The notes under the pieces: generated by a model
What the model was told of the DNA's origin: nothing
Seen by the model: only the letters and a program-made list of their open reading frames with translations
The model's database searches: none
Assembly: GCA_965203325.1 (NCBI GenBank)
Contig: OZ241875.1
Coordinates: forward strand, 640,001-704,000
Source: a bacterium
GTDB taxonomy: Bacteria > UBA8248
Direction of reading: 5' to 3'
Length of the DNA: 64,000 bases
Part shown: piece after piece, positions 40,861 through 50,912 of the stretch
Layout of the letters: every line of letters starts with the position of its first letter
Position numbering within the stretch: the stretch's first letter is position 1
Made by a program: the position numbers and the translations under genes

Positions 40861-41757
40861 GTGTTTGAGACAGCCGCCGTATATGCCCTCATATCAGCAA
40901 TTTTGCTTGCGCTAAGGGATATCTTCGGGCGCTTTGCAGTTCGTGGCATAGACCCCATCACCGGAACGGCCTTTACCGCCATCATCGGCCTGCCCGTTCT
41001 CTGGATTGTCTCCGTTTTGAGGGGAGATTTTTCAGACCCCTGGCCGGGCTTGGGCTGGCCTCTTCTATTCATCGCCATCGCGGGAATTTTCAGGGTCTGC
41101 TTTGCGCGCACCATGCTCTTCGCCGCCACGCAGCACATCGGGTCCGCGCGCACGAGCACTATCGTCGCGACGAATATGATATTCGCCGTATTCTTCGGCG
41201 TCGCCTTGCTGGGAGAGGCACTCACGGTCACTATCGGGCTGGGCGCCCTGCTCGTGTTTGTCGGCTACCTCTTCATCGCCAGGAGTCATCCCAATCACCA
41301 GGGGGGTGAATCCCCTAAAAACCCGTATATCGGAATGGGATTGGCGCTCGGCTGCGCGCTGGCCTTCGGAGCAGCCGCAGTGCTTGTGCGACCAGCGGTG
41401 GGGTTCTTCACCTCAGCCAACGAGGCGAACTTCTATTCCAACATTTTCGCGGTAGCGGCCTTTTTGCCTTTTCTCTTTCGCAAAGGAAAAATTGGCGAAA
41501 TCAAAAACTGGACTCCGAGCAACTGGGGGTTCCTCGCTCTGGCCGGTCTATCCGCTAGCCTCGGCGTTACGTTTCTCTATCTCGCGCTGGCGAATGCTCC
41601 CGTCGTCTACGCCTTCCCCATCGCGCAATCAAGGCCTTTGTTCGCCATCGCTATTTCATGGGCTTTTCTTCAATCGGAAGAGAGAATGAACTGGCGCGTC
41701 GTGGCGGGCGCGCTCGCCATTTTTTCGGGCACGGTTACCCTGATTTTCAACGAATAA
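40861..41757 (+). CDS. DMT/EamA family transporter
   Basis: About 10 TM, two EamA repeats. Confidence 0.85.
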   Translation: MFETAAVYALISAILLALRDIFGRFAVRGIDPITGTAFTAIIGLPVLWIVSVLRGDFSDPWPGLGWPLLFIAIAGIFRVCFARTMLFAATQHIGSARTSTIVATNMIFAVFFGVALLGEALTVTIGLGALLVFVGYLFIARSHPNHQGGESPKNPYIGMGLALGCALAFGAAAVLVRPAVGFFTSANEANFYSNIFAVAAFLPFLFRKGKIGEIKNWTPSNWGFLALAGLSASLGVTFLYLALANAPVVYAFPIAQSRPLFAIAISWAFLQSEERMNWRVVAGALAIFSGTVTLIFNE

Positions 41758-41926
41758 GGCATTTGGGCAGTTCCACGAAAAACCTCTGGAATCAACCCTT
41801 CATTTCCATGCAAAAAATTGCGCACGAGGCTGGCAGGAGGAAAAAACCAGTTGCGGAAGGTCAGGCCTTGGGCTAAAGTTGTATCAAAATATTGGATATT
41901 CACTCCATCAAGGAGAATTCCACGAC

Positions 41927-42265
41927 ATGATGAACATCGGGGAAGAAAAGCTAGATTCTGTTGTCATCGTTGCGATTGAGGGGCGTGTAGACGGTACCAC
42001 CGCCCCGGAGTTGGAAAACCGGATTTCGGAAATCGTCAATCGTGGTGATGCGCATGTCTTGTTCGATTGCGCAGGAATGACATATGTCAGCAGCGCCGGG
42101 CTGCGCATATTTCTCACGAGCGCCAGAAAATGCCAGCAAAACGGGGGCAAGTTGATGATCTGCGCGCTACAGCCCGATTGCAAGTCAGTGATAGAAACCA
42201 GCGGTTTTCATACTGTCATCGATTGCCACGATACTCGTGAGGCAGCCCTTGCGGCGGCTTCATAA
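41927..42265 (+). CDS. STAS-domain anti-sigma factor antagonist
   Basis: G..D, YVSSAGLR phospho-Ser motif. Confidence 0.9.
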   Translation: MMNIGEEKLDSVVIVAIEGRVDGTTAPELENRISEIVNRGDAHVLFDCAGMTYVSSAGLRIFLTSARKCQQNGGKLMICALQPDCKSVIETSGFHTVIDCHDTREAALAAAS

Positions 42266-42276
42266 AGGAGCGCTCC

Positions 42277-42930
42277 ATGCTGACATTTGTCGATGAAATC
42301 TTATTGCTGATGCTCGATGACGAGAAAGGTTCGTTTCTTCCCATTCGCGAAAGCACGATGGGGTATGTGCTAGCGGGCGCCGTTCTCATGGACTTGGCGT
42401 TTGCAAACCGCATCGACACCGATCCCAGCCAGTTGATGGTTCTGGACAAAACCCCGATCGGCCACTCGCCGCATGATCGGATTCTCGAAAACATAGCGGC
42501 TTCCGACGAAACCAGGGATGCCAAGGCCTGGATTGAAACGATTTCCCGAGAGGCCACAGAAATCCGCGAGCAATCCCTGTCCGGTCTGGTCGATAACGGT
42601 ATTTTGGAATCCCAGGAAGAAAAGTTCTTATGGGTCTTCCGGGCGCGGAGATACCCGACGATCGATGGTCGCGCCGAGCGCGAAGTGAAGCTGCGCATCA
42701 CCGGCGTGCTGCTATCGGATGAAACTCCGGATCCCAAAGATGTCGCTTTAATCTGTCTTGCCGATGCATGCAACATTCTGCGTGACGTATTTTCCGACAG
42801 GGAGATTAGTCGGATACGTCCCCGTATCGATCAGATCCGTAAGCTGGATCTCATCGGACGTGAAGTCAGTGGAGCGATTCAGGAAATCGAACAGGCGATC
42901 ATGGCGGCGATGACGCATGCCCATCACTAA
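42277..42930 (+). CDS. GPP34/GOLPH3 family protein
   Basis: LT..DE.LL..LDD..G, LAGA.L.DL, LV..GIL, F...RYP. Confidence 0.82.
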   Translation: MLTFVDEILLLMLDDEKGSFLPIRESTMGYVLAGAVLMDLAFANRIDTDPSQLMVLDKTPIGHSPHDRILENIAASDETRDAKAWIETISREATEIREQSLSGLVDNGILESQEEKFLWVFRARRYPTIDGRAEREVKLRITGVLLSDETPDPKDVALICLADACNILRDVFSDREISRIRPRIDQIRKLDLIGREVSGAIQEIEQAIMAAMTHAHH

Positions 42931-43061
42931 TCATCGGGAATTTTGACCAACTTACTGGAGCGAAGGTCCAGTAACTTCCGTTTATTGATAGTCGACGAGA
43001 AAAAGGCTTCTTTTTTGCTTAACCACTAGCGTCATGTGCGAACATGGCACCAGCCTTTTGC

Positions 43062-43520
43062 CTATATATTTTCGCTATTTCTCCTGCGCACCAAATTCAC
43101 GGATCGCATCGAAAGCACCAGGTCGTTTTCCTGGTTGTATGTCCTGAATTCCATGAGGACAATCCCGCGTCTAGCCTCCGAGCGGGACGCTCTTGTCTCA
43201 ATGACTTCCGCTTCGACCCGCAACGTGTCTCCGGGACGAACGGGCTTTAGCCAGCGGATGGAATCCATCCCGGGCGAACCCATGCCCGTGGTCCCGATAA
43301 CGCCTGTATCGATAAACAGACGAAAAGAGGTTCCGATAGTATGGAATCCACTAGCGATAATACCGCCGTATGGAGACTCAGCCGCAGCTTTCTCATCAAT
43401 ATGGAACGGCTGGGGATCGTACAACTCGGCGAATTCTATGATTTCTTCCGTGGAAAGCGTCTTCTCTTTCGTATGAAACTTCTCGCCAGTCTTGAAATCC
43501 TCAAAATATTTTTCTCTCAT
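43062..43520 (-). CDS. MaoC family dehydratase
   Basis: YFEDF, DPQPFH.D, IASG.HT, PVRPGD.L. Confidence 0.9.
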   Translation of the reverse strand: MREKYFEDFKTGEKFHTKEKTLSTEEIIEFAELYDPQPFHIDEKAAAESPYGGIIASGFHTIGTSFRLFIDTGVIGTTGMGSPGMDSIRWLKPVRPGDTLRVEAEVIETRASRSEARRGIVLMEFRTYNQENDLVLSMRSVNLVRRRNSENI

Positions 43521-43543
43521 CGAAACAATTATCCAATCTCATG

Positions 43544-43942
43544 TTATGCCGAGGCACCGGGATATTTCTTTTCTGCTTCCTCGGCCCCTTGCGCCAAATT
43601 GCAATCCTCATCCAGTTCTCCCGTTCCAGCCGGAAACTTCACGGTGAAGAAAGTGGCTTCCCCATCAACGGCTCGGCTTCTGTGGTTCGTAAACCTGGGA
43701 ATGTGGATCAAATCGCCACGCTCAACAATCTTGTCTTCTTCATCAAGTATATAGTGCAGCTTGCCATCCAGAATAAGCGTGAACTGCTCTTCGTTCGGGT
43801 GCATGTGGAGCGGAGGGCCCTCCCCTTCCGGCTTTGTCACAATACCCACCTTCATGAATTCACCCACAACGCTTTTCGCCCTGACTTTGGGATTCGTCTT
43901 GCTGTTGCTCTCCTTCATCCCTTCAATTTCATAAAAAGGCAT
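43544..43942 (-). CDS. Cupin domain protein
   Basis: HMHPNEEQ...GD.IHIP...H. Confidence 0.85.
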   Translation of the reverse strand: MPFYEIEGMKESNSKTNPKVRAKSVVGEFMKVGIVTKPEGEGPPLHMHPNEEQFTLILDGKLHYILDEEDKIVERGDLIHIPRFTNHRSRAVDGEATFFTVKFPAGTGELDEDCNLAQGAEEAEKKYPGASA

Positions 43943-43970
43943 GTGCAATCCTCTCCGTTCGTCATAAAAC

Positions 43971-45092
43971 CTATAATTCCTCGTACTCATTGATAGACAT
44001 GGGTAATGAGACCGGCTCTTTTCGTTGCGCGGAAACGTCCATTGCCATTGTGAGCAGGAGGTTTCTGTGACCATCCTGCACAGTGGCGTGCGGCGTTTCC
44101 AATCCTGTGAAGATGCGCCCGAACCAGGCGTTGGTTTCTTCGCGCATCGGGCCCCAGAGTTGTTCGAATACAACGTCTCCAGGCGGATAACTCGTCAGAA
44201 AATCCACGTTTCGCTTCACATCGGGCGTATAGCCTGCCGGTTGCGCATTTTCACTGGCAAGAACCAAGTCTCTATGGGTGTCGTCGATGGTGAGAACGCC
44301 CTCTGTGCCCACGATGCCGATTTCCAGACTATAGACGGAGCCTGGCCAGACCGTCGGAAGCGCCCATGAGATATTCATGCTCCATATCGTGCCGTCATCG
44401 AAGGTGAAGATTCCCAGGGTCGCGTCCTTGGTTCCATAGGACGCGCCGAGCGCCTTATCCATCGAGCGCGCATAGATTTCTACGGGCGTTTTCCCGTCCA
44501 TCAGCCACATGCAGATATCGAGGCTGTGCGTCCCCGAGACGACCATCGGCGTGAGGATGCCGCGGTATTCCGTTTTCTCCACCGTAGCGATGGGCACCAG
44601 CCGGTTCATGAAGGCTCTCGTAACGACCGTGGTGACATCGCCGAGTTGACCGGTGCGAATTTTTTCCTTGGCGACCAGAAACCGCCTCCTGAAACGCTGG
44701 GTATAGCCAATAACCGCATCCAGACCTGCGTCTTCGATGGCTTTGAGAACCCGGGCCGAATCGGCTGCGTTCGTCGCCAGCGGCTTTTCAATGAACATAT
44801 CGTGGCCCCCATCTACAGAGGCCAGTATGGGACCTACGTGCTCGTTTTCCTCTGTGGCGATAATGGAAGCGGTCACCTCCGGTCGGGCCAACAGCTCTTT
44901 GTAGTCCGTAGTGAAAAAATCGGCATTCGTTTCATCGGCGAGTTTTTTCCCCACTTTCTCGTTGATGTCACAAAGGCCCAGCCACTCGACGCCCGGATAA
45001 TCGCGGGCGAATTCAGCACGGATTTTGCCGATAGTCCCGCAACCGATGATGGCCAGACCGATGGGTGTTCTTTTTCCATTTTCAGTGTTCAT
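43971..45092 (-). CDS. Gfo/Idh/MocA family oxidoreductase
   Basis: IIGCGTIG, EKP, GY..RF, H.LD. Confidence 0.9.
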   Translation of the reverse strand: MNTENGKRTPIGLAIIGCGTIGKIRAEFARDYPGVEWLGLCDINEKVGKKLADETNADFFTTDYKELLARPEVTASIIATEENEHVGPILASVDGGHDMFIEKPLATNAADSARVLKAIEDAGLDAVIGYTQRFRRRFLVAKEKIRTGQLGDVTTVVTRAFMNRLVPIATVEKTEYRGILTPMVVSGTHSLDICMWLMDGKTPVEIYARSMDKALGASYGTKDATLGIFTFDDGTIWSMNISWALPTVWPGSVYSLEIGIVGTEGVLTIDDTHRDLVLASENAQPAGYTPDVKRNVDFLTSYPPGDVVFEQLWGPMREETNAWFGRIFTGLETPHATVQDGHRNLLLTMAMDVSAQRKEPVSLPMSINEYEEL

Positions 45093-45202
45093 TCATTACT
45101 CCCTGATAAGTACGATGAAATGCTCATAAAACACGCATCGGGCTAACTACCCTTTACAACGAGGTGTTAGGCCAGGCGCCTAAAATCGCCAAATGCGCAA
45201 AA

Positions 45203-45565
45203 CTAGTCTTTGATCTCGACGCGAATTGCTTCCAAGGGTTTGTCTCCATGGTTCTCTACGGCATGCAGACCCTCCCTCCCCAGCCAGAAAGGGACGCCTT
45301 CTTTGCGATCTTCGCTGATGGCGCAAGCCTCGCCCTTTTCATTGTAATAGGTGAGTTTCGGAAAACTCATGATAGTGAACACGCTCTCCCATTTATGCGT
45401 GTGCTCTTTTTCAAGCTCGCCCGGCTGAATCGTCACCCGCAAAACGCGGACTCTTTCGTTTTCAAAAATTATTTCATGGTTGTTAGGGGCCGCGATTACG
45501 GCATCCAACTCCTCAGGCGTTCCGGGAATGTATGGCGGCCTACTTCCAGTCGCATTTTCGCTCAT
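45203..45565 (-). CDS. Cupin-like protein
   Basis: ENERVRV....PG....HTH, H.VEN. Confidence 0.75.
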   Translation of the reverse strand: MSENATGSRPPYIPGTPEELDAVIAAPNNHEIIFENERVRVLRVTIQPGELEKEHTHKWESVFTIMSFPKLTYYNEKGEACAISEDRKEGVPFWLGREGLHAVENHGDKPLEAIRVEIKD

Positions 45566-45600
45566 CTTCTAACCCTCCCATGAGAAAACAAGCACGTGAA

Positions 45601-46536
45601 TCATGTAAACAATGATTTCGGCAACATGGCGTGAACTCCCTTCACACCGTTTACAATTTGCGTGACCCGCAAGTCCACGGCAAGACTGCAAAGTGTATAT
45701 GCGTCATCTCTGCTCATGCCGCGCAACTCTCCCAGAAATTTAATCGTCTCACGCAGCGCCATTTTGGCCGCGTTATCGAGAATAGGGTCAAAGCCCATCA
45801 GGATATAATGCGTGTCGGTTTCCGCCCGGGGATTATCGAGTTGCATATCCTTTCTGACGATGATTTCCATCGTCCCCGAGAGACCCGTTTCGATAGCCGT
45901 CAAACAGGCTTCCCCGTCTCCCTGACAGCCGTGCCCATCGCCTACGGAAAACAGAGCACCCTCGTTAAAAATCGGGAAATAGACGACAGAACCCGAGATG
46001 AGTTCTTTGTTGTCCAAATTCCCGCCCCACGCACTTGGAGGATAGCTTCCCACGCGGCCTACGGCAGGCGGGGGCGCCACGCCGAAGTTGCCGAAATAAG
46101 GCCTCAATGGCACCCTGACGCCCGCGCCCCAGTCCCCCGTTTGCGCTTCCAGATCGAGGTCCACGATGACGGTGCGCGTATACGGAAAATCCTCCGGCAA
46201 TCCCCCCATCATCGGCCGGATGGTGTTATATCCCCAGTCATAGCGCGTCTTGACCTCGTGGATGCGGACTTCCAGCACGTCTCCGGGCTGCGCGCTTTCT
46301 ACAGTCACAGGACCCGTCATGATATGGGGGCCAAGCTCCTGGGGAACCTGCGCGATGATGTTTCTCAAATTTTGGGACGCCCGGTCCCCGAGTTCCGCCA
46401 GATATTCCTCGCGTCCCGATTCCGTATGAACCTCCAGCGTGTCGCCCGAGCGAATGCGCATCACAGGCTCCAGGGAGGCGTCATAATAGCCCCAATGGAC
46501 GGTATCCGGGTTTGCAATCAATTCATGAGTCGCCAT
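45601..46536 (-). CDS. Acetamidase/formamidase family protein (copy 3)
   Basis: H.MTGP, GGNLD, GDGH..QGDGE, AIE. Confidence 0.9.
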   Translation of the reverse strand: MATHELIANPDTVHWGYYDASLEPVMRIRSGDTLEVHTESGREEYLAELGDRASQNLRNIIAQVPQELGPHIMTGPVTVESAQPGDVLEVRIHEVKTRYDWGYNTIRPMMGGLPEDFPYTRTVIVDLDLEAQTGDWGAGVRVPLRPYFGNFGVAPPPAVGRVGSYPPSAWGGNLDNKELISGSVVYFPIFNEGALFSVGDGHGCQGDGEACLTAIETGLSGTMEIIVRKDMQLDNPRAETDTHYILMGFDPILDNAAKMALRETIKFLGELRGMSRDDAYTLCSLAVDLRVTQIVNGVKGVHAMLPKSLFT

Positions 46537-47492
46537 CAACACACTCCTTCATCAAGAATACTCTTCGGCAACATCGCGTGAACGCCTTTGACCCCGTTCA
46601 CAATCTGCGTGATACGCAAATCCACCGCCAGACTGCACAGTGTATACGCATCATCTTTGCTCATGCCGCGCAATTCCCCTAAAAACCGAATCGTTTCCCT
46701 GAGCGCCATTTTGGCTGCATTATCGAGAATTGGATCGAACCCCATGAGGATATGATGAGTCGGTGTCTCGGCACGGGGCATTTTCAAACTCAAATCCTTT
46801 CGGACGATGAGTTCAATTTTCGCGGACATGCCGCATTCCAAGGCGGAGAGACAGCTTTCCCCGTCCCCCTGACATCCGTGTCCGTCACCTATGGCGAACA
46901 AAACGCCATCGTGAAATACGGGAAGATAGACGCGAGAACCTGCGATAAATTCCTTGTTGTCCATGTTTCCGCCCCAGATTCCCGGCGGGGTGGACGGAAC
47001 ACGACCAAAATCGCTCGGTGGAGCTACGCCGAAGTTGCCGAAATAAGGCCTGAGCGGCACTTTCACGCCTGCACCCCAATCCCCCGTATTCGCTTCTTTG
47101 TCTAGTTCCACGATTACCGTTTTCGAATACGGAAAATCCTCGGGCAAGCCACCCGCCAGGGGCCGGATGACGTTAAAACCCCAATCATAGCGCGGCCAGA
47201 TTTCCAGAAATCTCACTTCCAGGACATCTCCCGCCACAGCTCCTTCGACAGCGATGGGTCCGGTGAGGATATGGCCGCCCAGGTCCCTCTTACCGCGCTC
47301 GGCGATTTCTCGCAGATTTTCAGAAGCTCTTTCCCGAATCGGAGATTCAAGAGTCCTGATCCCCGGTTCGGTGTGAATTTCGAGCACATCGCCCGAAGCG
47401 ACGGTGAGAACCGGCGAAAGGTCGGCGTCATAATAACCCCACTGGATGTTGTCGGGGATTTGCGCAATCACATGTTCGGCCAAGGATGACAC
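46536..47492 (-). CDS. Acetamidase/formamidase family protein (copy 2)
   Basis: HILTGP, GGNMD, GDGH..QGDGE. Confidence 0.9.
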   Translation of the reverse strand: MSSLAEHVIAQIPDNIQWGYYDADLSPVLTVASGDVLEIHTEPGIRTLESPIRERASENLREIAERGKRDLGGHILTGPIAVEGAVAGDVLEVRFLEIWPRYDWGFNVIRPLAGGLPEDFPYSKTVIVELDKEANTGDWGAGVKVPLRPYFGNFGVAPPSDFGRVPSTPPGIWGGNMDNKEFIAGSRVYLPVFHDGVLFAIGDGHGCQGDGESCLSALECGMSAKIELIVRKDLSLKMPRAETPTHHILMGFDPILDNAAKMALRETIRFLGELRGMSKDDAYTLCSLAVDLRITQIVNGVKGVHAMLPKSILDEGVC

Positions 47493-47508
47493 CTTATAAA
47501 TATGAAAC

Positions 47509-48444
47509 TTATTCGAATAAAGATTTGGGCACCATCGCGTGAACGCCCTTGGTGCCGTTCACGATTTGGGTCACGCGCAGGTCGACCGCCAGGCTGCACA
47601 ACCTGTACGCATCATCACGGCTCATGCCCCGAAGCTCACCCAGAAACTGAATCGTCTCGCGCAAGGCCATCTTCGCCGCATTGTCGAGAATCGGGTCAAA
47701 CCCCATCAATATGTAGTGCGATTCCGTCTCCGCGCGCGGGGTCTTGATGTCCATGTCCTTGCGGACGGTCATCTCGAAAGTGCCGATGAGGCCCATCTCG
47801 ATTCCGTTGATGTTCGCCTCCCCATCCCCTTGGCAGCCATGCCCGTCGCCTACCGAGAACAGAGCGCCTTCGGTGAAAACAGGTAAATAAATCGTCGAGC
47901 CGGCCGTGAATTCCTTACAATCCGTATTTCCTCCCCATTCTCCCGGGGGAGACGACGGCACGCGACCGAGCGCCGGAGCGGGTGCCACACCGAAATTTCC
48001 GAAAAAAGGCCCGAGCAGTACCTTGACGCCCGCGCCCCAGTCGCCCGTTCCACTCTCCTCGTCCACCTCGACAATCACAACCCTCGTATAAGGGAAATCC
48101 TCCGGCAAACCACCCATTAGGGGTCTGAAGCCGTTGTAGCCCCAATCATACCGGGGTTTGATATCACGATTCTTGATCTCCAGAACATCGCCGGGTTCGG
48201 CCCCTTCGACCGCCACCGGACCCGTCATGATGTGCGCACCGGGCCCCTGTTCCATCGTCTCCAGGATTTCTCTCAGATTCCCGGAGAGTCTCTCCGGGTA
48301 CTTTTTCAAGAAATCTTTCCGGCCCGATTCGGTTTTCACGACGAGCGTATCGCCGGAAGCGATCGTCATGACGGGAGCAAGAGCTGAGTCATAAAAACCC
48401 CAATGGCAGGTATCGACGGTGGTATCCAGTTCATGCGTGGCCAC
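47509..48444 (-). CDS. Acetamidase/formamidase family protein (copy 1)
   Basis: HIMTGP, GGNTD, GDGH..QGDGE; GTG start after GGAGGA. Confidence 0.9.
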   Translation of the reverse strand: MATHELDTTVDTCHWGFYDSALAPVMTIASGDTLVVKTESGRKDFLKKYPERLSGNLREILETMEQGPGAHIMTGPVAVEGAEPGDVLEIKNRDIKPRYDWGYNGFRPLMGGLPEDFPYTRVVIVEVDEESGTGDWGAGVKVLLGPFFGNFGVAPAPALGRVPSSPPGEWGGNTDCKEFTAGSTIYLPVFTEGALFSVGDGHGCQGDGEANINGIEMGLIGTFEMTVRKDMDIKTPRAETESHYILMGFDPILDNAAKMALRETIQFLGELRGMSRDDAYRLCSLAVDLRVTQIVNGTKGVHAMVPKSLFE

Positions 48445-48610
48445 AAGCACTCCTCCCCTTTCATCACTGTGGTACAAAAATATCCTGGAAGGATATCGTC
48501 AGGCGTCCGTTAAATCCCCGGGCTATGTCAATCCGGCGATATGTTCTGGATTCGCCGTGGACTCTATCATCCAGGGCCTTGAAGATCAAAAATCTACCCT
48601 TCAAACAAGC

Positions 48611-49384
48611 TCAAGCGAGAATCGCGTCTACGAGCGCAGGCAACACCTCGCCCGTTTTCCCTTGAATCCGCATGTCCGCTTTGGCGTCGAAACGGGTGGG
48701 GCCTTCGTTCACGATGATGAGGCGCGCCCCTGCTTTTCTGGCGCGCTCAGGCAAGCCTCCTGCCGGCCTGACCGCCAATGAGGATCCGGCCACCAGAAAA
48801 ACATCGGCCTTTCTTGATGCCTCAACGGCGCGGGATAACTTTTCTTGAGATAACCCTTCTCCAAAGAAAACGGCATCCGGTTTCAGCAAGGCCCCACAGT
48901 CCTTGCACTTTGGAATTGCCTCACCACCCCGAACCCGTACGTGGACTTCAGAACGAGGTAATTTCATCCCGCAACCCACACAAACGCACACATGACTCGT
49001 CCCGTGCAATTCCACGACCTCGTCCGGGTCATGCCCCGCTTTCTGGTGAAGCCCATCTGTATTTTGCGTCACAAGCAATTTCAGACGACCGTATCGGGAC
49101 AATTTAGCCAAGGCGAAATGCCCACCCGAAGGAGTGGCGTTCTGGACCAAATCGTACCCGTCCTGGGCGACTTCCCAGTAGCGTCTTTGTATTTCCTCTG
49201 AAGCAAGCCATCGACGAATTTCGAAATCCTTTGGGTCGAACCGATCCCAGATTCCACCTTTGGACCTGAAATCGGGGATTCCGCTCTCGGTACTTATGCC
49301 GGCACCGGTAAGGCATACGGTGGAGCGAGATTCCAAAACCCATGCCGCTGCTTGCTCGATGAGTTTTTCATGGGAATCAGCCAA
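48611..49384 (-). CDS. cobB: NAD-dependent deacylase, sirtuin family
   Basis: TGAGISTESGIPDFR, TQN.DGLH, HG, two CxxC, FGE, GSS. Confidence 0.9.
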   Translation of the reverse strand: MADSHEKLIEQAAAWVLESRSTVCLTGAGISTESGIPDFRSKGGIWDRFDPKDFEIRRWLASEEIQRRYWEVAQDGYDLVQNATPSGGHFALAKLSRYGRLKLLVTQNTDGLHQKAGHDPDEVVELHGTSHVCVCVGCGMKLPRSEVHVRVRGGEAIPKCKDCGALLKPDAVFFGEGLSQEKLSRAVEASRKADVFLVAGSSLAVRPAGGLPERARKAGARLIIVNEGPTRFDAKADMRIQGKTGEVLPALVDAILA

Positions 49385-49503
49385 TCTTCTTCCCCAGGTG
49401 AAAAATAAATAATGGCAATAACAACAATGAGATGTGAAATTCAGCCGCCAATTGATGTATGGTACGAAAGAATGGGGCGCATGCAAACAAGAAGTGATGA
49501 ATC

Positions 49504-50766
49504 GTGGGGATACGAAAATTGTCTGACACGAAAAAGCACTTTTTCAGATCTTCAACGCTCTTCACCCTGCTCGCTCTGGGAATAAGCCTGTCCGGCTGCG
49601 CCGACCCCTTTCTTCCCAAAGTGAAGGAAAGTTCCGTCAAAATCCTGAAAAACGCCATTGAAGTAGAATTCGCCCAACTGACCCGCGAATTCGACCAACT
49701 CGACCAAAAAGGCGACTTGGGACTTTGCGCTCCGCTGCTCTTCGGGGTGGCGCGTTATGCCGTTTATCAGGCAGTGGAGGAGAAAAGAACCGCCACCATG
49801 GCGCAACTGACTCGCTTCATCATGAGGGCGCGTAGGGCCATCAAGCGCGCGGAAGAGAAGATGCAAAGAAAACAATGCGTCGATACGGATGCCGACGGCC
49901 TCACCGATATAGCGGAATTCCAAAAGTACAAAACAAAACCGGACAATCCTGATACAGATGGGGACAAAGTATCCGACTCTTTGGAAATCCGCCGGTACCG
50001 GACCAATCCGCTCAAGGCGGATACGGACGGCGATCTGCTTGACGATGGGGATGAAATTTCGCGCGGCTTGAATCCGCTCCTCGCCGACAGTGATGGGGAT
50101 GGGTTCATAGACGGCATAGAAGTCGCCCATAAGTCGAATGCGCGCGATGTGTGTTCCCAGCCCCTGGACGCCCAAAATCTCGACCGTCTGCGCGGATGTG
50201 GGCAGAAAAGGATTCATACCAAGCCGGTTCAAGTTCAAACACCGCGAAAACGTACTCGGGCGCCCGCAAAGACAAAACCAATCCTGGAGGGAAAAAGAAG
50301 CCTCGAGGCCGGAAAGCCAAAAACGAGGCCCTCTCCCAAGCCGCCGGAAGAAAGAACCCGAAACGTCAAGAAAACCAATTCCGAAAAGAAAACACCGAAA
50401 CCGGCGCTAAACGGCAACGGCTCGCATCCTGCACAAAAAGCCCAGGCGATTCGAAGCCACCGGGCAAGCGTGGTCACTACTGCAGCCAAAGAGCCTCAAA
50501 AAGAAATCACCCATGGGAAAAGAAATCATCTCCCCTCGAAACCGCAGGATGCAAATCATCACATCGCGAAGCAAGCGAACCCTGAGGGAGTACAAACAAA
50601 AACGAACCCCAAAGAATCGCCAGTACAAGCGCCCGTCGCGGCTTCTCTCATGGAAAACCAGGCCACAGCTCCCTCGACACTTGAATCTCCAAGGCCAGCT
50701 AAGAAAAAATCTTTTCCCGCTGCCTCTGAGAACTTCCCCTCCGCGATTTTTCTTAGGTTGTGGTAG
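49504..50766 (+). CDS. Lipoprotein with Ca-binding TSP3-like D-x-D-G-D-G repeats and a Pro/Lys-rich tail
   Basis: LSGC lipobox; four DTD.DG...D..E repeats; low-complexity C-terminus. Confidence 0.7.
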   Translation: MGIRKLSDTKKHFFRSSTLFTLLALGISLSGCADPFLPKVKESSVKILKNAIEVEFAQLTREFDQLDQKGDLGLCAPLLFGVARYAVYQAVEEKRTATMAQLTRFIMRARRAIKRAEEKMQRKQCVDTDADGLTDIAEFQKYKTKPDNPDTDGDKVSDSLEIRRYRTNPLKADTDGDLLDDGDEISRGLNPLLADSDGDGFIDGIEVAHKSNARDVCSQPLDAQNLDRLRGCGQKRIHTKPVQVQTPRKRTRAPAKTKPILEGKRSLEAGKPKTRPSPKPPEERTRNVKKTNSEKKTPKPALNGNGSHPAQKAQAIRSHRASVVTTAAKEPQKEITHGKRNHLPSKPQDANHHIAKQANPEGVQTKTNPKESPVQAPVAASLMENQATAPSTLESPRPAKKKSFPAASENFPSAIFLRLW

Positions 50767-50912
50767 AGTCATTCATGGTGCCCCTGAATTATAGATACGC
50801 CGGAATCTTAGCGGCCATTAAATGATGCTTCCGCCATATACGCTGAAAACTATCGCACCGCGATTTGCATCGTTTTCATAAGCAGGAGAAGAAGAGAATA
50901 GGAGAAAAGAAC

